Source of the DNA: an uncultured Candidatus Saccharibacteria bacterium
GTDB taxonomy: Bacteria > Patescibacteriota > Doudnabacteria > UBA920
DNA: 64,000 nt
Reading direction: 5' to 3'
Assembly (NCBI GenBank): GCA_964473815.1
Contig: CAYYQK010000004.1
Span: 4,493 to 68,492, forward strand
The notes below the pieces were generated by a model. The model searched no databases. It saw only the letters and a program-made list of their open reading frames with translations, and was not told where the DNA came from. Of the stretch, positions 56,259 through 64,000 are shown piece after piece (the first letter of the stretch is position 1; each line of letters starts with the position of its first letter). The position numbers and the translations under genes were made by a program.

Positions 56259-56740
56259 TGGTTTTGAACTTTCTTTAATGCCTCTAAAGCATGATATTTC
56301 ACGCGAGCAGAAATATCAGGCATACTCTCCACTTCCGCGGCAGTTAACCAGCGAAAGCTATCAGGATTACTCTCTTCACCTTCTTCGGGATTTATATCCA
56401 TAGTTTTACTTTTCGCTGCATACAGAAAATCTATGTGCTCATGAGTATCATTTATTCGGTGTCGGTTGATAAACATTGGCAACGGTAAATCTGTGCCATT
56501 ATCAGCATTGTTATCGTCTAAAGGAAATTCTTTCACCGGATCTGCAATGATTTCTATTTCTAAACCCACTTCTTCTTTTATTTCCTTGTGCGCAGTCTCT
56601 ACAGGATCTTGATCAAGTTCGATATGGCCGCCAGGCGCTAACCAACACTTATGTTTTTCGTGGAAGCGCAACAAAACTTTATCTCCACATACTATGTAGA
56701 CTGAGGAAGTGAAATCAATTTTGTCGTGAAGATGAGGCAT
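56255..56740 (-). CDS. NUDIX hydrolase.
   Basis: Nudix box GGHIELDQDPVETAHKEIKEEVGL (G-x5-E-x7-REUxEExGU pattern). Confidence 0.8.
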   Translation of the reverse strand: MPHLHDKIDFTSSVYIVCGDKVLLRFHEKHKCWLAPGGHIELDQDPVETAHKEIKEEVGLEIEIIADPVKEFPLDDNNADNGTDLPLPMFINRHRINDTHEHIDFLYAAKSKTMDINPEEGEESNPDSFRWLTAAEVESMPDISARVKYHALEALKKVQNQ

Positions 56741-56746
56741 AAAAAA

Positions 56747-57058
56747 TTATTGTTGTAATTGTTTGAGTTGACTTTGAAGGTTTTGAACATTTAAACTTGC
56801 GCCGGCTGAATCACCTTCTCCAGGACCTACTAAACCTCCGCCATAAATCGAACCAAGTGAGCTCATAGCGTAAGGAATAATGGCAAGCGCAGCAATGAGT
56901 GGCAACACTACCAAAGCTACAGTAATAATTAACTGCCACATCATGTAGTTTTTGGTCTTGCGACTAAACTTATGAATTTCTTCTAGCAGTTGTCGGTCGG
57001 TTTTTTGTTGTTCAGCTGGTGCAGAATTTTGTTGGATTGTTTTTTGTTGATTTTCCAT
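56747..57058 (-). CDS. Hypothetical membrane protein (Gln-rich ends, 2 TM helices).
   Basis: ORF with hydrophobic core segments, located inside a same-strand operon. Confidence 0.4.
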   Translation of the reverse strand: MENQQKTIQQNSAPAEQQKTDRQLLEEIHKFSRKTKNYMMWQLIITVALVVLPLIAALAIIPYAMSSLGSIYGGGLVGPGEGDSAGASLNVQNLQSQLKQLQQ

Positions 57059-57067
57059 AAATTTATT

Positions 57068-57283
57068 TTATCTCTGAGGCCATGGTGGACCAAATTGTTG
57101 ACCAAGTATTTCACACCATTCAAAATCCCTATCAACTTCTTGTTTTCCAATTGTTTTACATAATTGATAACCTGGTCTGGATGTAGAAAAAATTAATTTT
57201 CCCCATTTTGGAAAAGATAGAATTAAACCCACTACAACCAAAACTATAACTACGGTTATTGTCAAATATTTATTCGAAGTCAT
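57068..57283 (-). CDS. Small membrane protein.
   Basis: 71 aa with one N-terminal TM helix; its stop lies 2 nt before the fpg stop-proximal region. Confidence 0.3.
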   Translation of the reverse strand: MTSNKYLTITVVIVLVVVGLILSFPKWGKLIFSTSRPGYQLCKTIGKQEVDRDFEWCEILGQQFGPPWPQR

Positions 57284-57284
57284 T

Positions 57285-58211
57285 TTATTTCTGTTCTTTG
57301 AGGCAAAAACAGGTGGTTCTTCCGCCGAGTTTCTTGCTCAAAATCATTGTACCACACCCGAGGCAGGCCTGCTTTTTCCGGCCATAAACATAGTGATGTT
57401 TGCCCATGCTCCCCCATTTTCCGTCGGTGCGCACGAAGTCACCCACGCTCGAGCCTTTGTATTTAATACCTGCTTTCAAAACCGGTTTGATTTGATCAAA
57501 CACGGCTTTCAATTCTTTTGTTGATAGACTTTCGACTTTTCGGTCGGGCCTGACGCGGGCATGATACAAAATTTCGTCACTATATATATTACCTATTCCC
57601 ACCACAACTTTTGTGTCCATAAGCGCCAGCTTAATAGGAATTTTTTTGCGGTTTTTTAGGGCAGCTGCAAAAACTTCTGACGTAAAACTTTTATCTAATG
57701 GCTCGGGGCCGTAATCTTTAAACTCTTTAACCTTATCGATGTCGGCATCTTTAACGATTCGCAAATATCCAAACTGACGCAAGTCGTTGTAATACAACGT
57801 TGAACCATCCGTGAAATAAAAAATTACATGCGTGTGTTTGGTGGGTAGTTTAACTAACGGCGCAGTTAACTTGTTTAAAATTTTGTACTTGCTGCCAGTA
57901 CGCTTTGCTTGCTCGCGATCTTCAAAAATAAATTGACCAGTCATTTTTAAGTGCACCAGCATAGACAAAGTACCATCGATATCGAAAATTAACATCTTGC
58001 CTCGACGGCGCACACTCAAAAATTTGTGTCCCGTTAGCAAAGACGCGAATTCATCAACTTTTTTCTGCGAGGCATCACGAATATTGCTAACAGTCTGTGG
58101 GCCAATGGAAATAATTTTCCCCATATTAACTACCACGCGCTTAATCTTCCGTCCCACAAGGCGCTTGTCGAGCTCACTAACAACTGTTTGTACTTCTGGA
58201 AGTTCTGGCAT
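57285..58211 (-). CDS. fpg: Formamidopyrimidine-DNA glycosylase (Fpg/Nei family).
   Basis: N-terminal MPELPEVQ catalytic Pro2/Glu3 motif, H2TH region, C-terminal zinc finger C..C-x16-C..C. Start placed at the MPELPEV Met (58211). Confidence 0.75.
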   Translation of the reverse strand: MPELPEVQTVVSELDKRLVGRKIKRVVVNMGKIISIGPQTVSNIRDASQKKVDEFASLLTGHKFLSVRRRGKMLIFDIDGTLSMLVHLKMTGQFIFEDREQAKRTGSKYKILNKLTAPLVKLPTKHTHVIFYFTDGSTLYYNDLRQFGYLRIVKDADIDKVKEFKDYGPEPLDKSFTSEVFAAALKNRKKIPIKLALMDTKVVVGIGNIYSDEILYHARVRPDRKVESLSTKELKAVFDQIKPVLKAGIKYKGSSVGDFVRTDGKWGSMGKHHYVYGRKKQACLGCGTMILSKKLGGRTTCFCLKEQK

Positions 58212-58343
58212 GTTCTTAGTATAGCATTGACGTAAACTAGGAAAAAAGTTATATTGCAATATCCTTTTGCTCGAGATGGGAACGAGCACACCTTTAAAAA
58301 TCGTAGCCAATGATCGATTGAGATCTAGGCAATCGGAGGAAAT

Positions 58344-58925
58344 ATGGTAGATATAGCTTATGATAGACTACATGCTTGTTCGCTCCTAGAGCTAAGTGGG
58401 AATCGCCTTTTTCTGAGAGTTTTAGTAAACCTCAATCCTCGCCCAGGGATAAGGGAATTCGAAGCCAAAGTTGAAGCGGTTACAGCCGTCCGTAACAAAA
58501 GCAAAGAAATGGAACACGGCTTGTGTTCGTATCAAACTCTTGGTGCACGGGATACTATTTTTGATTCATCCTTGCAGTTTATGGATTTTGGCATGAGCAA
58601 AGAAACTAAAATCTCCACTGCTCACACAACTATTAAACACTGGGAATCCGAAGGGCACGACACTAACCTCTTTGAGACAGCGATGTCCTACAACGAAGGC
58701 CGCCATACCCCGATCTCCATCGGCCATCACAGGGTACTTTTCAGCCTAATAAGATTCCGCTGCGCGATCGAGAATTATTACTCCTACTACCAAGGGAAAT
58801 CAAATCTCGGTAGGATAAACTTGGTTTTAGCTGAGTCGATTCACGACAGGCTAGGCAGTTTCCTTCAAGTTCAGGAATCGAAAATAAGCGAAGCTTTTGC
58901 TTTGGCAAAAGATTTCATCGGTTAA
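58344..58925 (+). CDS. Hypothetical protein, GC-richer than its neighbours.
   Basis: GGAGG RBS 7 nt upstream. No recognised domain. Confidence 0.45.
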   Translation: MVDIAYDRLHACSLLELSGNRLFLRVLVNLNPRPGIREFEAKVEAVTAVRNKSKEMEHGLCSYQTLGARDTIFDSSLQFMDFGMSKETKISTAHTTIKHWESEGHDTNLFETAMSYNEGRHTPISIGHHRVLFSLIRFRCAIENYYSYYQGKSNLGRINLVLAESIHDRLGSFLQVQESKISEAFALAKDFIG

Positions 58926-58943
58926 AAAATTCTGGATAAACTG

Positions 58944-58977
58944 AGGCCCGCAACTTAACACTGCGGGCTTTAATTTT
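58944..58977 (+). terminator. Rho-independent terminator (GCCCGCAACTTAACACTGCGGGC followed by a T-run).
   Basis: Read directly. Confidence 0.7.
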
Positions 58978-59014
58978 ATCCAAAAAGCTAATATCAATAT
59001 GCTAAACTAAACTT

Positions 59015-60556
59015 ATGGCACAAGATTTTTTTAAAGCAATCCCCCACAAATTCACTACTGGTGAACAGGCGCTTCTTCAAAAAGCCCTGGATTTTGCTAC
59101 GGCTGCTCACAAAGACCAAAAACGCAAAAGTGGTGAACCATTTGTACATCACCCTATTTCTGCGGCCATAATTTTGGGTCAAATTTTCCCAGATACAGCC
59201 ACAATTTGCGCCACTTTACTTCACGACATCACCGAAGACACCAATACCACTGACGCAAATCTCCGTTCCGAATTCGGTGATGAAATTGCCGATCTTGTTG
59301 ATGGCGTTACCAAACTCGGCAAAGTTCGTCTCCGCAATAGCAAAGATGAATACTATGTCGAAAATCTACGAAAGATGTTCATTGCTACCAGCAAAGACAT
59401 CCGCGTGATGCTTATTAAGCTGGCCGACAGACTTCACAACATGCGCACAATCGGCGCACTTTCCAAAGACAAACAGGAAAAAATCGCCAGCGAAACTTTG
59501 GAAATGTACGCGCCAATTTCCGGCCGACTGGGTATTGGTGCCTGGAAAGATGAACTGGAAGATTTGTCATTTAAAGTTGTTGACCCAAAAAACTATGAAA
59601 AGACTGAACAGATTTTAAAAGAACGTTTGGAAGAACGCCAGAAGAGCATTAAAGAAATGCAAAAAGAGTTAGCTAGCATTTTGCGTTTGGAAGGAATCAA
59701 ATTCTTAGAAATCACCGGGCGCAACAAACGTATTTACTCTTTGTATAAAAAGCTGCAGCGCTACGATGGTGACATCAGCAAAATTTACGACAAAATTGCA
59801 TTGCGCGTTATTACAAAGTCTACAGCTGATTGTTATGCAGCTCTTGGCGCAATTCACAAACACTTCAAACCGATGCCTGGCCGAGTTAAAGACTTCATCG
59901 CAACCCCAAAACCAAACGGCTATGAAAGTTTGCACACAACTTTGTTCGACAGTGAAGGTCGTCCGTTTGAAATTCAAATTCGCACCGACCTAATGCACGA
60001 AGCTGCCGAACGCGGGATTGCCGCACATTGGTTTTATGAAGAAGGCGGCAAAGAAGACGCCCCAAGCGGCAAAATCCATCGTCGCGGCGGACCAAATTGG
60101 TTTAAAGAATTACACGCCTGGCAAGAAGAGATGGCCGCGCATCCAGAAGAATTTCTCGAAGGTCTGAAAATCGATTTTTTCAAAGACCGCATTTTTGTGC
60201 TCACTCCAAAAGGTGATGTAAAAGATCTTCCAGTCGGTGCCTCGGTAATTGATTTTGCTTTTTCTGTTCATACGGACTTAGGCTATCAAATGATGGGCGC
60301 GAAAATTAATAGCAAGATGGCAAAAATCACAGACGAACTTCATCAGGGTGATATTGTAGAAATTCTAAAATCGAAAAAGCCAGCCACCCCGTCGCGGGAT
60401 TGGCTCGCTGTTGCAAAGACTGGCCACGCGCGAGCCTTGATTCGCAAATACATCGCCGAGAATGATAAAGGCTTATTTCAACGCGTCCGGGAACTCAAAC
60501 TGCAAGACATCTCGTCTCGCCTACCAGGTTTGCCAACTTTTTTCCGCAAAAAATAA
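59015..60556 (+). CDS. rel: RelA/SpoT-family (p)ppGpp synthetase/hydrolase, short form (HD + synthetase + TGS).
   Basis: HD motif (HDITED). Synthetase motif region (GRVKDF...YESLHTT). TGS-like segment (VLTPKGDVKDLPVGASVIDFAF). Confidence 0.85.
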   Translation: MAQDFFKAIPHKFTTGEQALLQKALDFATAAHKDQKRKSGEPFVHHPISAAIILGQIFPDTATICATLLHDITEDTNTTDANLRSEFGDEIADLVDGVTKLGKVRLRNSKDEYYVENLRKMFIATSKDIRVMLIKLADRLHNMRTIGALSKDKQEKIASETLEMYAPISGRLGIGAWKDELEDLSFKVVDPKNYEKTEQILKERLEERQKSIKEMQKELASILRLEGIKFLEITGRNKRIYSLYKKLQRYDGDISKIYDKIALRVITKSTADCYAALGAIHKHFKPMPGRVKDFIATPKPNGYESLHTTLFDSEGRPFEIQIRTDLMHEAAERGIAAHWFYEEGGKEDAPSGKIHRRGGPNWFKELHAWQEEMAAHPEEFLEGLKIDFFKDRIFVLTPKGDVKDLPVGASVIDFAFSVHTDLGYQMMGAKINSKMAKITDELHQGDIVEILKSKKPATPSRDWLAVAKTGHARALIRKYIAENDKGLFQRVRELKLQDISSRLPGLPTFFRKK

Positions 60557-60647
60557 TCGCGCAGCTTAATACTACGACCCTTTACAAATACCACCAAAAG
60601 TGGTATTTTTATTTATCAATTTCAAATTAGAAGCGAGGAAAAATAAA

Positions 60648-61283
60648 ATGGATTTTATTAGCAGTGGTATTCCTAAAGGTTTGGGTATCGTGGTTCATCT
60701 CGGTTCCAAACCCGGTAATGACCCTATCTACGGGGAACGGGCCTACGAATTGGGTAGTATCCTTGGGAAGAGAAGAATCCCATTGATCTACGGCGGGTCG
60801 TCAGACGGATGTATGGGAAAACTTGCCGACGGTTGCCTTGATCACGGCGGCGACGTCACCGGCATAATGCCGAAGTACTTACAATGGAAAAAAGAACGAG
60901 TACATCCGCGGCTTTCGCGAATTATTTGGGCAAGATCCATGTCGCACCGGAAAAAAGTGATGACTGAATTGTCCATCGGTGCTGCAGTTCTGCCAGGATC
61001 CTGGGGTACGCTGGATGAAGGGTTTGAATTCCTCACCGCAATTCAGCTAATGCATGTAATGCGCACGGGCGATTACTCCATCAGACGATATCGAGGTGTC
61101 GGTTTGCTAAACGTCGCCGGTTATTACAAAGGCCTGGTCAATTGGATCGACTCAAAACCGCTCGGCGAAGGTTTTTTGGAACCACAGCATCGCGAGATAC
61201 TGTTTCTCAAAGAAGACCCGAACGAACTTATCGACAGACTGATTGAACTCTATTTGAACCCGCCACAGGTCAAGGTCAACTAA
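60648..61283 (+). CDS. LOG-family (TIGR00730) cytokinin riboside 5'-monophosphate phosphoribohydrolase-like protein.
   Basis: GGSSDGCMGKLADG (the family GGGxGxMG motif) and the PGSWGTLDE motif. Start at the ATG at 60648 with a GAGGAAAAA RBS. Confidence 0.75.
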   Translation: MDFISSGIPKGLGIVVHLGSKPGNDPIYGERAYELGSILGKRRIPLIYGGSSDGCMGKLADGCLDHGGDVTGIMPKYLQWKKERVHPRLSRIIWARSMSHRKKVMTELSIGAAVLPGSWGTLDEGFEFLTAIQLMHVMRTGDYSIRRYRGVGLLNVAGYYKGLVNWIDSKPLGEGFLEPQHREILFLKEDPNELIDRLIELYLNPPQVKVN

Positions 61284-61307
61284 TCAACTACAATCCACTA
61301 AAAACAA

Positions 61308-61335
61308 AGCCCGGACGCAAGTTCCGGGCTTTTTC
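61308..61335. terminator. Bidirectional terminator (AGCCCGGACGCAAGTTCCGGGCT followed by a T-run).
   Basis: Read directly, between convergent genes. Confidence 0.7.
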
Positions 61336-61349
61336 TTATCTATATGTAA

Positions 61350-61856
61350 CTATTTAGTAATAGTGGTCTTGGTGTAATGCGGTTCGTGCTGTACGAGTTC
61401 TTCGGGTTTGAACCACACTCCGACTTCAACTTTTGCTTCTTCTAAAGTGGCACTGCCATGAATCAAATTGTTTAAGCCCTTATCTTCACTTGCATCAGCA
61501 TGCTTGAACGAAACGTGTGCGTAATCTCCACGGATAGTTCCTGGAGCACTCGACTTGGGTTCGGTTGCGCCAATCATCTTGCGAACAACTTCGACTGCTT
61601 CTGCACCCTCTAATACAACCGCAACCACAGGACCAGAAGTTAACATGTCGATCATAAGTTTACGAACGTGTTCGCCGCGGCGAATAGCTAAATCTTCAGT
61701 GTAATGATTAGATGCGTGCTCTACAGTAGGTTGCAGCAACTTCATGCCAACAATTTTTAAACCAACCCGCTCAAACCGGTGCAGAATCTCTCCTACTAAC
61801 CCACGGTTCAATGCATCTGGCTTTAACAAAACTAAACTTTGTTCAATGGTTTCCAT
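61350..61856 (-). CDS. ndk: Nucleoside diphosphate kinase.
   Basis: LVLLKPDA, the active-site NxxHGSD-like motif NLIHGSAT, and its length. Confidence 0.88.
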   Translation of the reverse strand: METIEQSLVLLKPDALNRGLVGEILHRFERVGLKIVGMKLLQPTVEHASNHYTEDLAIRRGEHVRKLMIDMLTSGPVVAVVLEGAEAVEVVRKMIGATEPKSSAPGTIRGDYAHVSFKHADASEDKGLNNLIHGSATLEEAKVEVGVWFKPEELVQHEPHYTKTTITK

Positions 61857-61969
61857 ATTTATATTCTGATGAATATTTGCCTCGTCAACATGCGTTGCTA
61901 CGAATTGCTACGCAATTCTGGGCACCCGAATATTTCCTTCGGCAAAATATTCATCTCAATTAATTATTT

Positions 61970-62713
61970 TTAATTATTAGAGACAACAGCTTTTTCAATT
62001 TGAATTTTTTCTGAAGGCTGACCACTTTCGCTACCCTTCAAGCCAACTTTATCTACTACATCTAAACCAGAAACCACTTTACCAAAAATTGTGTAGGCGT
62101 GCGGTAAAGGATAATCTGCCAACATAATAAAGAATTGACTGCCATTAGTGTTCGGACCTGAGTTAGCCATCGCAACTACGCCGTGCTTGTATCCTTCTTT
62201 AGCACTCGGGGTATTTGGATCAAGCTCGTCTGCGAATTTTGCACCAAAGACACTTTCGCCACCTGTCCCGTTACCAGTTGGATCACCGCCCTGAATCATG
62301 AAACCAGGAATCATGCGGTGGAAAGTCAAACAGTTGTAGTAACCACTTGCACTCAAACGCAAGAAGTTTTCAACAGCTTTCGGCGCATCTTTATCATACA
62401 TTTGAATTTTCACATCACCATAATTCTTGATGGTCAAAGTTACGAATTTATTCTTGATGTCAGTTGGCGCTTTAAAGATTGCCTGATCCACATTGCGGAC
62501 ACATTCGCCGTTGTTTGCTGTTGTCATAGAGTTAGTATTGTTATTAATCTGATCCGAGTTGGTTTGGTCGCTGCTGGTTTCGTCAGCGGAGTTAGTATTT
62601 TGTTGTTCCGATTTCGTTTGATTGTCGTCACTGCTTTTATTGGTGATCAAAATGACCCCCACAATAACTGCACCCAACACTGCGATGAGCAAAATAATTT
62701 GCCAAGTTTTCAT
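61970..62713 (-). CDS. ppiB: Membrane-anchored cyclophilin-type peptidyl-prolyl cis-trans isomerase.
   Basis: FHRMIPGFMIQGGDPTGNGTGGES cyclophilin signature, preceded by a TM anchor and a Ser/Thr/Asn-rich linker. Confidence 0.85.
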   Translation of the reverse strand: MKTWQIILLIAVLGAVIVGVILITNKSSDDNQTKSEQQNTNSADETSSDQTNSDQINNNTNSMTTANNGECVRNVDQAIFKAPTDIKNKFVTLTIKNYGDVKIQMYDKDAPKAVENFLRLSASGYYNCLTFHRMIPGFMIQGGDPTGNGTGGESVFGAKFADELDPNTPSAKEGYKHGVVAMANSGPNTNGSQFFIMLADYPLPHAYTIFGKVVSGLDVVDKVGLKGSESGQPSEKIQIEKAVVSNN

Positions 62714-62733
62714 AGGATTTATTACTAATTTTC

Positions 62734-63981
62734 TTATAATCTATCATATTTTTGATGATTTTGCAATGAGGTTATTTTATGGTGGATGTAAGCAAATAGA
62801 AATATATAGTAAAGGCCGAATGCCCAGGTTGGCAAATGAAGCCCAATACTGGCGTACGGAACGGTTGATAATTTTTCTGTTATCCAAATTACTAGTGCAG
62901 TTGCGAGCTGTGCCGGGTATACAAAAACCGTGCCGATGTATGGAAGAAGTGTAAGTGCACCAAGTAACATAATCCAATCTACTGATGGAAGAACAATTAA
63001 ATTTGCAATTGGTGCAATGATGCTAAAAGTGCCAAAGTGATATGCAATTAGCGGAGCGGTTACTGCAATAGCGCCGAGTGTTGGTCTTAGGGTGTCGGCA
63101 AGGAAACCTGACCGTTCTGTTTCGTCTGCGGCACGTGGTGCGCGAATGCGAAAAGCAATTAGCACGCCAAACGTTGCCGCTACACTTAGTTGAAAACCGA
63201 TGTCCCAAAGGACAATGCGTGGATTTTGCAACACCATGATTGCGCACACGAGCAAGAGCGCATACAAACTTGTGTATTGCCGGCCGAGCAACTGGGCAAC
63301 AGTTGCGAGGACGGCCATGATAGCGGCGCGCACCACGCTCGCGGTAGCGCCAGTAACCACCACAAAACTAAACACGACGAACAAAGTCAGCATATTAGTA
63401 GCGCGCCGCCCAATATACCACACTAACGCACCACAGGCAGTGGCGATTATTGTCATATTAAAACCTGACACAGCTACAATATGAGTTAACCCAGTCGTCT
63501 TAAATGCCTGCACGATCTCATCAGGAATTGCTGTACGCTCACCAATTAAAATTCCCAACATCAAACTCCCCTCTCGTGGGGCAAATAAGTGCGACTGTTC
63601 AACTATGTAGTCGTGCAAATCTCTTAATGGTTTTCGCCACGACCACGATGCACGTTTCAACACAATAATTTTTGGTTTCTTCAATTCACCATACACATCC
63701 CAGCGCTGTAAGTATCCAACATAGTCAAACTCACTAAAATTTTCCGGCAATTCAACTTGACCACGAATCCAAACTCGATCCCCCAGCCCAGCCTGCGGAA
63801 TTGCTTTATACAAAGAAGCTCGTAAATCTTTTGAGTAACCATCAGGCTGCACTATAAGCACTTGCCCTTTATCCTGCGTTACGGGATCTGTCGCAATCAC
63901 GCCTTCAACATCAATATTTTTTCCGATTACATCCTGATACTCATTCATTCCAAATGACAAACTCACATACCAAATTCCCAT
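62734..63981 (-). CDS. comEC: DNA internalisation competence protein ComEC/Rec2. The N-terminal part probably continues beyond the window.
   Basis: Competence-domain motif GLTHIVAVSGFNM and the polytopic membrane region. The ORF reaches the window edge, so its first Met may be internal. Confidence 0.75.
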   Translation of the reverse strand: MGIWYVSLSFGMNEYQDVIGKNIDVEGVIATDPVTQDKGQVLIVQPDGYSKDLRASLYKAIPQAGLGDRVWIRGQVELPENFSEFDYVGYLQRWDVYGELKKPKIIVLKRASWSWRKPLRDLHDYIVEQSHLFAPREGSLMLGILIGERTAIPDEIVQAFKTTGLTHIVAVSGFNMTIIATACGALVWYIGRRATNMLTLFVVFSFVVVTGATASVVRAAIMAVLATVAQLLGRQYTSLYALLLVCAIMVLQNPRIVLWDIGFQLSVAATFGVLIAFRIRAPRAADETERSGFLADTLRPTLGAIAVTAPLIAYHFGTFSIIAPIANLIVLPSVDWIMLLGALTLLPYIGTVFVYPAQLATALVIWITEKLSTVPYASIGLHLPTWAFGLYYIFLFAYIHHKITSLQNHQKYDRL

Positions 63982-64000
63982 CGCAACCCCCGCAACAACA

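Overview
The window is AT-rich (about 40% GC by eye), coding-dense, uses the standard genetic code and carries genes on both strands. Its gene content looks like a small-genome bacterium, possibly Patescibacteria/CPR-like. It has a type IV pilus operon, ComEC, a three-domain lamin-tail-domain surface protein, many Sec-signal hypothetical proteins and little biosynthesis. This placement is inference only. Confidently called housekeeping genes are copA, typA, groES/groEL behind a perfect CIRCE operator, nusB, an unannotated rpmF, hupA-like HU, ndk, cyclophilin, relA/spoT-like, fpg, holA-like, and three or four tRNAs. The accessory content is richer than the housekeeping content. (1) A copper-homeostasis cassette (membrane protein, HMA-permease-cupredoxin fusion, CopA) is bracketed by a 29-nt imperfect direct repeat, and each copy is followed by a terminator. 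(2) A sugar-utilisation cluster (GH1, DMT transporter, GH-A hydrolase, ROK kinase, FAD oxidase, polysaccharide deacetylase). (3) A three-gene module for extracytosolic flavinylation and electron transfer (membrane FNR-like reductase, ApbE, FMN-binding protein with the flavinylation motif). (4) A GC-rich island bounded by tRNA-Arg and tRNA-Lys that carries a sugar nucleotidyltransferase and a myo-inositol-1-phosphate synthase. (5) A 2070-aa Sec-dependent RHS/YD-repeat polymorphic toxin with a DPxGL cleavage motif, an uncharacterised 219-aa C-terminal toxin domain and an overlapping candidate immunity gene. Next to it is a frameshifted CPCC-family cysteine-rich gene. (6) A stand-alone ClpB-D2-like AAA+ gene, GC-rich relative to its neighbours. 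I found no CRISPR array, integrase or transposase. The best candidates for undescribed biology are the flavinylation module, the RHS toxin domain and immunity pair, the repeat-bracketed copper cassette, a 14-bp palindrome that recurs next to terminators, and the truncated PD-(D/E)xK-like ORF at the left edge.
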